A DNA stretch of 63,666 nt, the filler included, from Stramenopiles sp. TOSAG23-2 (Eukaryota): the NCBI GenBank assembly GCA_900128395.1. It is 7 parts of 7 records of this genome, joined end to end, with 100 filler letters (N's around TTAATTAATTAA, not from the genome) between each part and the next. Parts side by side here need not be neighbours in the genome. Positions count along the whole stretch, not along the records: positions 1 to 27,573 come from LT649413.1; 6 more parts are not named here. The stretch is one strand, 5' to 3'. Shown piece after piece: positions 10,346 through 21,021 of this stretch. The notes under the pieces are model-generated. The model made no database searches, had not been told where the DNA came from, and saw only the letters and a list, made by a program, of their open reading frames with translations. A program made the position numbers and the translations under genes. Each line of letters opens with the position of its first letter. Position 1 is the stretch's first letter.

Positions 10346-13306
10346 ATGGAAACGCCATCATCCATAGGTAGTAGTACCAATAATTTATTATCGTTATCCG
10401 CATCATTACCACAAATAAATACTTCTACCATTTCACCTGTACATAAGAAAGTGACGTATAATAACATTTCAAATTACAACACTCGCGGTATAATTTCTTC
10501 TCCGATCATTTTACGAGATCACAAAAAGTTATCAATTCATGGATACAAATCACCACGGTCACACATATATTCTATTTCACCAACGCCAGCACCAAATGTT
10601 AAATATACAAAATATAAATCACCAACGCACTACGATATGCCTCCCCCAATAAATCGAACTATTGCACATGATAAGACGGCGGGGGCACCATCCAAACGAT
10701 TGCTAAAATGGAATCAAAGCAACGCGCAAGATATGTGGGATCGTAAAGAAGCTACATATCATCAAAAATATAAATACATAACTGCTGGAGTAGACAAAAT
10801 AAAAATGAAAGAACAGTTAGCACGTGGGTTTAAACTCGATAAAGCCTTACCACTATCGACGCATAATGGTAACCGTGTAGAGTCTATGTTTGTAGTTGAA
10901 CCGAGGTTAACACCTGTCTGGTGTACAGAAGTTGATTACAAAAGGCGTCAATTACAATTTGAGATAGAATTTAAACGAGTTCGTAAATCATATAAACAAG
11001 CAGATTTAAAGAGTATCATGGTTATACGTGCACAGCAAGCGGAAGATCAAACCTTTGAAAAATCATGGAAAAAATGGACTAGTGCCCATGAATTACATGA
11101 TCGTATTTTAGAATTGCCACCACCAAATAATAAAATAAGGCCTGATTTATTGTCTGAAATATTTTACAACACTGCTCCACAACCGAAATTAGCACGACCA
11201 CGGTTCATGATGGCCATGAGGCAAATGTATAAGTTTGAAATTGCAAATATAGATTCTATATCAGAGCCAAAAGATTTAAAAATTTTAGACAATGTTTTAA
11301 CATCATTTAGTGCACTTGGAGCAGATGAAATTGATACTCGTGAATTATTATCTGCATTTAAATTTTACACCGATCCAACTTTACCAACAAAAGAATTATT
11401 AAAATGGTGTTTTATTGTATTTGGTAGTGAAGGTACCATACAATGGACACCGAAATTAGGTGCATTTAATTTGAAAAAAATAAATTTGCCAACAATTACG
11501 CAATTACTTCATAACATGGCAGGTGATATGTCAACAAAACGACAGATAAAATTGTTAATTAATGACGCTTTTACAAAATTACCAGATAAATACCATGGTG
11601 AATATATAACTTTTGAAGCCTTTAAATACATGTTGGATAATGAGCCATTTCATTCAAAATTAAGCGATTTTAATATACCACATGATTTTTTATGTACATT
11701 TGAAAAAAATTATAGCGTCGTGTTGCAAGAATGGTTACAAACCAATCGATTTAATGCATATCGTAATAAGCAATTGCGAAAATTTTTAAATAAATGGAGA
11801 AATTTACGACGGGTAAAATCGATGGAACAGTGGATTGATTTTACTCAAAAACGAATTTGGGTTCGTAATTTAGTACAAGATGCCATTGTAAACTGGAGAC
11901 ATAACCAAATGTACAGTGGCTTTGTACAATTTCGGAGAAAAGCTATATGGATACATGCAGCGGAAACGATACAACGTGTATATCGGGGCCATGTTGCTAG
12001 AGTCTACGTGGAAAATATGGAAGAATGGGAAGCTGCTGCATTAACGATACAACGAATTTATCGTGGACGAAAAGCGTTTTTTGGGTTTTTACGCAAAATG
12101 AAGCGTAGGGATCAAGCGGCGCGAACGTTGCAAAGGGTATATAGAGGACATTTAGGTCGTAGGCGTACACATAAAATGCTATTAGAATTTTATCGTATTA
12201 AACGTGCACAAATATTAAAAGAGAAAAAAGAATGGAGAGCAGAAATTCGACGTAGAGCTGCGACACGTATAGAAGGTGTTGCACGTGGCTATTTCGCAAG
12301 GCAATTGGCTAAACGATTAAGGCAGCAAAAGAAAGACAAAGAAGCGGGAGAGGATGCAATGCAAGAATGGAAACGAGAGCAACGAAGGTTGCATCTTTTG
12401 TATTGCCAAAAAATGGAAAGATTGTGGCGTGAAAATAAGGAGGAACGCGAGCGTATTGAAAACGAAGATGAAATTGCAAAAGCTACTAAGCGTCTTATTT
12501 TTATGAATCAACAAAAACGATGGATGAAAGAACGTAATGTACAGCGTAAACTAGAACAAGCGGCAAGGGAAGAACGTGAACGTAGTGTTTGGGAAGAATT
12601 TGATCAAAGATGGATGATCAAGCAAGATGATTTAGAAGAAAGAACGCGTAAATTGTGCATCAAAGAATTAGAAGAGCGTAATGCATTACTAACCGATGAG
12701 GAAAAACTGAATAAAAAGCTTGGCAAAAAGCGTATACGTGAATTGGTTAATGTTGTGCGAAAAGAAAGGAGAGAAATGGGAATACGTGCAGGGCAATCAG
12801 AATTAAAAGCTATTGCAGAGAAGCGATACATTCGAGAACGGCAAGACAAAGCAGTCGGTATACAAAATATTGATAAAGAGAAGGAAAGGAAAGAAAAACA
12901 AAAAGAATTGATGGAAGAATGGGATTCAAAACATGTTGAACGTTTTAAGATGGAAGAAGCAACAAAATTGTGGCTCATAAGAACGCTACAACGATTATGG
13001 AAATGCAAAGTAGCATGGCGACCAATGCGTAAAGAGGTAGATGCTTTGTATCAAGTTGAGTTTGATAATGATAGTCAAAATATATACTATATTAACAAAA
13101 AGTTAGGTACAGTAAGCTGGAAAACACCAGCACTGTTGTATGGTCGTAAATTACCAAAACCAGACAAATGGTATGTCTGTTATGATGAAAGCAATATACC
13201 ATTTTATCTAAATCCATTTAAAGATGACATTAAATACGATGCCCCATATGATTATGATGGCCCAGAGGTAAAGTATATTTATCCCGGAAATGATCCATCG
13301 ATTTAA
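10346..13306 (+). CDS. IQ-motif, coiled-coil and WW-domain protein with a possible degenerate EF-hand region
   Basis: IQ motifs AAETIQRVYRGH, AALTIQRIYRGR, AARTLQRVYRGH; long charged coiled coil; WW-like YYINKKLGTVSWKTP and WYVCYDESNIPFYLNP. First ATG at 10346. Confidence 0.8.
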   Translation: METPSSIGSSTNNLLSLSASLPQINTSTISPVHKKVTYNNISNYNTRGIISSPIILRDHKKLSIHGYKSPRSHIYSISPTPAPNVKYTKYKSPTHYDMPPPINRTIAHDKTAGAPSKRLLKWNQSNAQDMWDRKEATYHQKYKYITAGVDKIKMKEQLARGFKLDKALPLSTHNGNRVESMFVVEPRLTPVWCTEVDYKRRQLQFEIEFKRVRKSYKQADLKSIMVIRAQQAEDQTFEKSWKKWTSAHELHDRILELPPPNNKIRPDLLSEIFYNTAPQPKLARPRFMMAMRQMYKFEIANIDSISEPKDLKILDNVLTSFSALGADEIDTRELLSAFKFYTDPTLPTKELLKWCFIVFGSEGTIQWTPKLGAFNLKKINLPTITQLLHNMAGDMSTKRQIKLLINDAFTKLPDKYHGEYITFEAFKYMLDNEPFHSKLSDFNIPHDFLCTFEKNYSVVLQEWLQTNRFNAYRNKQLRKFLNKWRNLRRVKSMEQWIDFTQKRIWVRNLVQDAIVNWRHNQMYSGFVQFRRKAIWIHAAETIQRVYRGHVARVYVENMEEWEAAALTIQRIYRGRKAFFGFLRKMKRRDQAARTLQRVYRGHLGRRRTHKMLLEFYRIKRAQILKEKKEWRAEIRRRAATRIEGVARGYFARQLAKRLRQQKKDKEAGEDAMQEWKREQRRLHLLYCQKMERLWRENKEERERIENEDEIAKATKRLIFMNQQKRWMKERNVQRKLEQAAREERERSVWEEFDQRWMIKQDDLEERTRKLCIKELEERNALLTDEEKLNKKLGKKRIRELVNVVRKERREMGIRAGQSELKAIAEKRYIRERQDKAVGIQNIDKEKERKEKQKELMEEWDSKHVERFKMEEATKLWLIRTLQRLWKCKVAWRPMRKEVDALYQVEFDNDSQNIYYINKKLGTVSWKTPALLYGRKLPKPDKWYVCYDESNIPFYLNPFKDDIKYDAPYDYDGPEVKYIYPGNDPSI

Positions 13307-13902
13307 AAAAAAAAAAGATGTTCGTATTAAAAATAATAAAAAATTAAAAATATTTTTTATAAATATAAAAAAATTTATAATGGTTAAAATGATGGTTAAA
13401 ATCTAAAAGTTATAATAGTTTTACACTTCTCGTGTTTAGTAAATATGCTCAATACTCAATCGCAAGAATGATATTCTATCCTACTATTAGTAAAGCTCTA
13501 ATAATGTACGAGTACCTCTGCAAACTAAATTACGCTACAAGCATGAGTAGGTTTCTATCCTTCCATGCGCACTCGTTGAACGCGTCCCATTAAAAATATA
13601 AATTTTTTACGAAGCTACTCATATCATACGTAATTAGTTTTGTGCGTGTGTGTTTTTGTACACATATAAAGTAGTACTTCGTATTTTTTTTATATTTTTA
13701 ACACGCCATTTTATTAATCATATTTTAAATTATTTATTTTTATACGTCGTACGCTCGTACGACGTACATATCTAGAAGAGAGATACGATTTAGTACTCGT
13801 ACTCGAATACGGAAGTATGCACTCATCACACTCATATATTTATCATATATATATATATGATATACTCATTTTTACACTTTTTTACGTTTCGTACTTTTTT
13901 TT

Positions 13903-16146
13903 TTACAGCAGTAAATTATCTAACTCTTTTGAAACAGGGTTTTCAGATTGTATCGATAAACTAGCTGCTTTCATACCAAATGCTACACTATTGCAATAAT
14001 CTTGTTTTGATAATAAGGTATCAATTGATGTATCAAGATTATTAAGATCTTGATAATCATTTTGAGAGGCTAAAATCATCATGGAACTTATAGTTCCTCC
14101 TACCAACGTATCACCAGCTCCAGTAGCATTTACCATCTCCATGTCGATTACATCTGGTTTTAAATAATTTAATACGACCTCTGTATTCTTTTCCTTGTCG
14201 ACATTTAGACATGCCAAGCAAACTCCTTTTTCTCCTAATGTAATAACTAAATAAGCATTCTTACTCATCGCATTTAAAACATGCAATGCCATATCTTCAA
14301 TAGTTGCAGCAGTGGTCTTCCGATCCTCATTCCTGTCGTTACTATATTGAACAATTAATTCATCATAAATCATTTTCAATTCACTTAAATTAGGCGATAT
14401 AAAATTGATATACTTTAAATTTTCTACTGAGGCAAGTTTTGCTTTTTCAATGGATGTTGGTTCAAACCATATTGGTACAGACTTTTTTGCACAACTTTTA
14501 CATACATAATGAAATATATTTTTTGACAAATTTCCATCTAACACTACTAACCATGGTTTATGGTTTGATTTCATTAATTGATCATCAAATATATGTTCAA
14601 TTTTTTGCCTATCCATCCTATTCATAATGTCCATATCTGCAATAGCGCAATATAAATCCCCATTACTATCTAAAACAGCTTGGTAAATAGCAGTGGAACA
14701 TTCATTACTCTTATAAACATCGGTGACATCGATGCCAAGCATAGTTAAATGATCAAGAATCGCTTTACCATATGTATCATTGCCAACAAAGGAAATAAAT
14801 TTGATATTTTTTTGATTTTGATTTTTACTATCATTATTCACATTGATATTGTTTCTTAAAGATCTCCCCAGTGCCTCGGCAATATTTCTTCCGACTCCGC
14901 CATATGATGTTTGGACAACTCCTGGCGTCGATGTATTTGCCAGTGTTGCATTTGGGATAGTCGGTCTGCCTACTAAATCTACGGTTGATCCGCCGAATAT
15001 ATAAACACATTTACTATGTTTCATATCTGGTCTAGGAGATGATGTGCTATAACATCTTCTACTATTTGCTGTAAATCCTATGATCTTCTTTTCATTTGTT
15101 GCTGTTGCGGTTGCAGCAGCTATTTTTGCTCCGATTTGAGCATTATTTTTTACCAATGCTATATTAGATTTAAGGCTGTTTCCACCTGTAAGCTCATTTA
15201 CTCGTTTCAATAAAAATGGCGTTGCTTCTTTTCCACTAAAAGTGGGATTGTCCGATTTCATTTTTTCCAGTTCATCTAATGCTTGATTGACCGATTTATC
15301 TATGAATGTTTCATCTGCGAATGGTTCAGAATTAGGCACAGCTAATATGGATCCACTATTTAAATTCAATACTTTATTTGTTTCAATCCACTTAGCACAA
15401 TCTTCAATTGTATTTAAGCGCATAGGAACATTTAAACCAGACCTTCGTGTGAAAAATGATGGAAATTCATCGGTATCGTATCCAATTACTGCAACTCCTT
15501 GTGTTTCTAAAAATTCTAATGTTCTTGGAATATCTAAGATTGATTTCACCCCTGCACATACGACCATAATATTATTATTACGACCTAACTCAATTAAATC
15601 AGCTGATATATCTAAATCTTCCCCACGATGTACACCACCAATGCCACCGGTAACAAAAATGTCAATGTAGCCAAATAGATTAGCTATTGCCAATGTTCCT
15701 GCCACTGTAGTGGCTCCGTGTTCTTTTTTTGACACTACATAACTTATATCACGCCTTGAACATTTTTTAACTGTACCTTTAGTGCCTTCTGTAGCTAATA
15801 ATTTCAGTTGCTCATTATTTAAACCTATGTGTATCTTGCCATCTAATACAGCGATTGTGGCTGGACAGGCGTTGTTTTCTCTTACAATATTTTCGACCTC
15901 AATCGCCGTCTCATAATTTTTTGGATACGGCATCCCATGACTTATTATCGTAGATTCCAACGCAACGATTGGTATATTATTTTTTAATGCCTCAATCACT
16001 TCGTTGGATTTAATAAATTTTGAGTTATTATTATTATTATTACCAATATTAGAAACCACAACGGAATATCGCTTACCAATATTTCTGCTAATAATGGAGG
16101 CAGAAACGCGAAGCATGGATGGGTTGAGGTATTGTCGTATCATCAT
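13903..16146 (-). CDS. Bifunctional pseudouridine-5'-phosphate glycosidase (PsuG/IndA) / pseudouridine kinase (PfkB), probable mitochondrial presequence
   Basis: VALESTIISHGMPYP, GATTVA, FVTGGIGGVHRG and DISADL (PsuG); GGVGRNIAEAL, PNLSEL and VNATGAGDT (PfkB). Arg/Ser-rich, acid-free N-terminus. First ATG at 16146. Confidence 0.93.
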   Translation of the reverse strand: MMIRQYLNPSMLRVSASIISRNIGKRYSVVVSNIGNNNNNNSKFIKSNEVIEALKNNIPIVALESTIISHGMPYPKNYETAIEVENIVRENNACPATIAVLDGKIHIGLNNEQLKLLATEGTKGTVKKCSRRDISYVVSKKEHGATTVAGTLAIANLFGYIDIFVTGGIGGVHRGEDLDISADLIELGRNNNIMVVCAGVKSILDIPRTLEFLETQGVAVIGYDTDEFPSFFTRRSGLNVPMRLNTIEDCAKWIETNKVLNLNSGSILAVPNSEPFADETFIDKSVNQALDELEKMKSDNPTFSGKEATPFLLKRVNELTGGNSLKSNIALVKNNAQIGAKIAAATATATNEKKIIGFTANSRRCYSTSSPRPDMKHSKCVYIFGGSTVDLVGRPTIPNATLANTSTPGVVQTSYGGVGRNIAEALGRSLRNNINVNNDSKNQNQKNIKFISFVGNDTYGKAILDHLTMLGIDVTDVYKSNECSTAIYQAVLDSNGDLYCAIADMDIMNRMDRQKIEHIFDDQLMKSNHKPWLVVLDGNLSKNIFHYVCKSCAKKSVPIWFEPTSIEKAKLASVENLKYINFISPNLSELKMIYDELIVQYSNDRNEDRKTTAATIEDMALHVLNAMSKNAYLVITLGEKGVCLACLNVDKEKNTEVVLNYLKPDVIDMEMVNATGAGDTLVGGTISSMMILASQNDYQDLNNLDTSIDTLLSKQDYCNSVAFGMKAASLSIQSENPVSKELDNLLL

Positions 16147-16855
16147 GTGCAAGCCAATTATTATTTGTTGATGGTTTTTGTTGTTGTTGTTTTTACATTT
16201 TGCAATTATCTAATTTTATTTGCATTTCAAATATTAATGAAATTAATAATCATCATATAAATGAAATAAATAATAATAAATAGAATAAATGAAAAAATAA
16301 AAGCGCTTCCCAGCTTCCCAGCTCCTTTGTTGGCCATCCAGGGAGAAGTTATATATAGCTTATAAGTGTAATATAAGGTGATAGTGCTATTGAATGTATT
16401 TATCTAAATTTAGTAAATAATTTTTATTGTTTTTTGTGTTTTAGCCACTGCTGTGTGGCTCCAAATGGCTAGCATACAAATAGGCTTAGTACAAAAATGG
16501 AAAGCATTTAAACCCGACATTTTTCCATCTTAGTAATGCTATTACGGCCTACGGTTTAAAATATTTATCGCTTATAGCTACATGTTCCATATTAATATCT
16601 TTAGGCAAAACCCTTAAAAAAGAACTTCGGCGCCAGTCTATCGATGTACTCTAACAAGTATTGACGATAAAGTCAGTTTGAAGTTTGACCATTATTGATG
16701 ACTTTTTATAAAAAAATATATAAAAGGAGGAAAAAGAAAAAAGATCATCCTATACTACTAATAACTAATAATACAACAAAGAAGACTGTGCCGAATAGAT
16801 TATTGAAGATATATGGAACAACATATGCTTTTAATAATAGTAGATATTATATTGA

Positions 16856-19245
16856 ATGCAAATGAAGAACAGACGAATGTCAGACAAAAAAGTGATTACC
16901 GCAATAGAGATTGGGGTTGTTGAAAAAATAGAGGAAACGATTGAGAAAAATACTATGGTTGATGTACAAGAAGAAAAGCACATTGTAACAACTACCAATG
17001 TTGTCATATCAATTGAAAATGAGGATATTACAATGGACAAAGACAAGAAGGCACCTGTACTTAAAAAAGAGAAGAAGAAAAAGAAGAAACTAACACGAAC
17101 CCGTTTAAATACAAGTTTAAATACAATTTTAAATTCAATAGAACAAGATATATCGTATAGAAAAAATATTGGATGCAAAGGTACTTTTATATTATGTTTA
17201 AATTTATTTATGATAGGATTGTACGTCTATGGTTTTCAGATATATGGTGGCTTTACTTGCAGGGTGAACCATTGCCCTGCCACCATATTTTTCTTTATTT
17301 TCGGTCTCTTAAATACATTGTCATTCTTGTATTTGATTCTTCGATGGAAAGTAAAAATTAAAAACAGGATAAAACGAATGTCAAAATCAAACTATAAATC
17401 AAAACATCCATTTAAAAATTTATTAAATATGTACTATAGTAGATTTGGTTTACATGGAAAGTATTATTTATATAAATTATATGGATCGGAAATGTTAGAA
17501 AAAATATCACAAACATATAGTTTTATATGTATATATACATGTATTTTACCATATCAATATACAATGTCATTTTGCGTATTGTACATAATCGATTCAGGTA
17601 TATTAGTGAAAACAATATATAAAAGTTTATTTGGTACAAGTAAGATTATATCAGCAGCTGAACGTGATTTACAGTTAGCAAGAGATGTAATATTTGATTT
17701 GATTTGTGCTTTAACGCCATTTCTTCTAGGTCAAAGACTTCCAGTAAATATTAATGAAATAATGTTTATCCTATTTGTACCATCCATGTCATTATTTGGT
17801 AAAATACGCAGTCTTTTTAAAGAAGCATTGTTTCATAATGTAGATATGTTAATCATAAAACTGGAAACGAAAGCATCAGCTTCTATCAAACGACATCGCA
17901 GATCAATATATCGACAAGCTATATCTGAAAAAGAACAAATAATACAAAGTAAATATTTTATCAAACCAGTACGACAGATATTATTGTTTATTGGTGTTGT
18001 ACATGTGTTATGTTTTACCTGTATATTTTTTGTACAATTATCACATGGTATTAATTTGGAAAAACATGATAAGATGTGTCATGAATTGTATCACAATGAT
18101 ACAAATCCAAAATCTTATCATAATATATGGAGTAATAATAATAATGCCGACTGGTTTGGTTGTAAAATAAAAACACCATTTTGTAAAAGTGTATTTGTAC
18201 CAACATGTAATTGTGCACATTTATCTTTAGAAAGTATAAATGTACCAACTTTACCAGATAATATTATATATGAAATGAATTCGTTAAAAAAACTTGAAGT
18301 TGTTAATTGTAATTTAACAACACTGCCAAAGAATATGGAAAATTTAAAATTTATGGCTAGTATTGATTTATCGTATAATAAATTGACGGAATTTAATGTT
18401 GATGTGAAGGAATGGGTATATTTGAATCTATTAAATTTCCAATTTAACAATATTAGTAAATATTTGATTTATCGTATAATAAATTGACGGAATTTAATGT
18501 TGATGTGAAGGAATGGGTATATTTGAATCTATTAAATTTCCAATTTAACAATATTAGTAAATATAATATGGATTCTTTATGGCAACAATCCACTTTGAAG
18601 TATTTGTATGCAAAGAATAATCCAAATTTTGAAATTCCAAATGAAGTTAATATTCATATGCCAATGTTAACATTTCTTGATCTTCGGAATAACAGTATAC
18701 AATTGCCAAATAAATTTGGAAAGGATCAATTTCCAGCACTTAAGTGGCTTTATTTATCTGGAAATAATTTAAATATATTTCCTGATAATATTGATACTTT
18801 GAATGAGAATCTTTTGTATATGTACATTGCTCGATGTCATATAAATACATTGCCATCGTATTTATCAAAATTCATACGTTTGAAAGGTTTTGATGCACGT
18901 AATAATAATATAAGTGTTGTTGATCCGACATTTCAATCAATATTTTACGATGAAAAGGATAGCTCCAAGCGTAACAAGCGTCGTGCACTATTTTCTGGAA
19001 ATCCAGTATGTCGTACAGATACAAATTTGAAAAAAAGTGGTAGTTGCAAAGAAATGTGTTCAAGCTATTGTCAGTATAAAGAAAAAGAAAAAGATGAAAG
19101 TGGTAATGGTTATTGTGATGCTGAATGTAACTCTGAAAAATGTAATTATGATAAAGGGGATTGTAAAGGGAATTTACAATGTAATTATGATAAAGGGGAA
19201 TTTACAATTAAGTATGATAAAGGGGTTTGTAAGCCTGAAAAATAA
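16856..19245 (+). CDS. Multi-pass membrane protein with LRRs and a C-terminal LNR (Lin12/Notch)-like module; split into two ORFs by a 101-bp duplication
   Basis: Several TM helices, Cys-rich cap (CKIKTPFC, CNCA), LRRs (LKKLEVVNCNLTTLP, LDLRNNSIQLP, LYLSGNNLNIFP), GNPVC cap, GNGYCDAECNSEKCNYDKGDC. Removing 18464-18564 joins ORFs 16856..18487 and 18484..19245. Confidence 0.82.
18363..18564. repeat. Exact 101-bp tandem duplication causing a frameshift (likely assembly artefact)
   Basis: 18363-18463 = 18464-18564. Confidence 0.95.
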
Positions 19246-19865
19246 TATCCAATATAATTGATTCATTAAGTGTTGAAATCCCAACCATAAATTAGCATGG
19301 TCGTACCATTGGTCATGAATATAGCAGGGAATGGAGAATCCATACTAAAATAATCAGTCACAGTCTATATTCTGCTGTGTGCCTGAACGTATATATAGCA
19401 GGTGAATACTGTGGGCCACCTTTTTGAACCATTTTTTGCAACAATTTATTATTGGCCATTATTGCCTTTTTCATACATAATACAGTGTTATAACTCTCAA
19501 TATCAAAACTTTGGATCTTCAACAACTATTATTTTTTTGGCTATTTATATTCGCTAATGATATGTACCTGCTTTCAGCTTTCTTCTCTATTAATATTATA
19601 TCCGCCTCTCATCACAAAAAAAAAAAGTATTATTATTATAAAATGTAGTACTATTGGATTTTTTTTCCTCCAATTGATAATGTACACATAAAAAATATAT
19701 ATCTTCCTACTAGAATTGTTTCACAGCTGCTTTCACAAAATAAAAAGAATTCTATGTCTATACATTATACAATCTAGTAACGAAAGATATATCGAAATAC
19801 ATTTGCTAATTTACAAATATAATTACTAAAAAAAAAGAATATCTCAAAACAATCACAAAAAAACA

Positions 19866-20399
19866 ATGAAATCGTGCTTGTCTATCTCAACAATTATTGC
19901 GCTGTTAGCATTCGGAACCATCGCTAGCTCTTCACCACTGGGTGACATTACAGGTGCTCCTCCAACAGGTCTTTTTTGTGGAAAAAAACTTGGGATTATA
20001 TCTGAAAATATGACCATATATGGAAACAATACCTTTGAATATCATAATTTGGTAACTCCACCATTTGTGAAGAAAATACACATTGATTGCTATGCTGAAA
20101 AATTTGTATGGGATAGCCAAAACAACGAGTTGAAGTGAGTAATTTACCTTCCTAACCCCCCTCCCCCTCCTACGGCCTCGAAAATCTCTCTCTCTCTCTC
20201 TAACATTAGCATTCTTCCTTCATATGATACGCTCCACAGCTTGACAGCTGCAGCTGCGGATCCAAACAATTGTTTAACAAAAGCAGCAAAACAATCAAAA
20301 TCTGGCTTTCCAACATTTACATTTGATGGTACAAACATCAACTCTAAAAACAAATATGGTTCATTAACAATGAAACCATCTTCAAGCGGTAGCTGTTAA
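19866..20399 (+). CDS. Small secreted 142-aa Cys-containing protein, two exons (intron 20135-20239)
   Basis: Signal peptide MKSCLSISTIIALLAFG. GTGAGT donor at 20135, CTAAC branch point near 20199, CAG acceptor ending at 20239. Splicing gives an open frame ending LTMKPSSSGSC-TAA. Confidence 0.8.
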
Positions 20400-21021
20400 A
20401 TATATACGTGTATATATGATACCACGTATCATAATCAATATCAACAGATATTGCTGGAGCTTATTTGTCTGCTACTGATTTATAATAAAATACGTACGGG
20501 ATATACCATTTAGATTATGGAGAGGCGAGAGATCTACAGATCCAAATACCCATAAAATCTATTTTAATGTCTGACACATTTTAATATATATATATATAAT
20601 AACAATGAAGAAGAAAGAAAAGGATAACGTGAAGCTTGTTAATACTCGTATCGTATAATCTCATATCATTGGCATGCCACTGTATTAAAACGACTTAAAA
20701 ACACGGGGTGTGGTCGTACATTATTTGCTAAAACGAACCTCGTAATAAATTCGTATTAAATACGCGCGTTCTTGTAATCAAAGAAAAAAGAAACCATTCC
20801 TCTTTTGGGAAGAGCAGGAAGAGTAAAAAATGCATTTACTAAAACCATTTATCATACGAAATTCGTACAAAGAGAGAGTGTGTAAAAAAAGAGAAAATAT
20901 ATATAAAAAAGAAATTTGTACCACACGCGGGTATGCTTCGTATCATATCATATATATCATTTGCCATTTTACTAAATTATATAATTAATTCTCTCTCTAA
21001 AATTTCATTTCTTTTATTAAT

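Noticed and set aside
13903-16146. PsuG-PfkB fusion as a novelty
   Set aside because: The bifunctional pseudouridine-degrading protein is already known in many eukaryotes.
18363-18564. Programmed frameshift or pseudogenisation of the LRR-LNR gene
   Set aside because: An exact read-length (101-bp) duplication explains it, and the same pattern recurs at 32246 (100 bp), 32905 (106 bp) and 4531 (132 bp).
20136-20138. Selenocysteine or readthrough at the TGA ending ORF 19866..20138
   Set aside because: The TGA is inside the GTGAGT splice donor.
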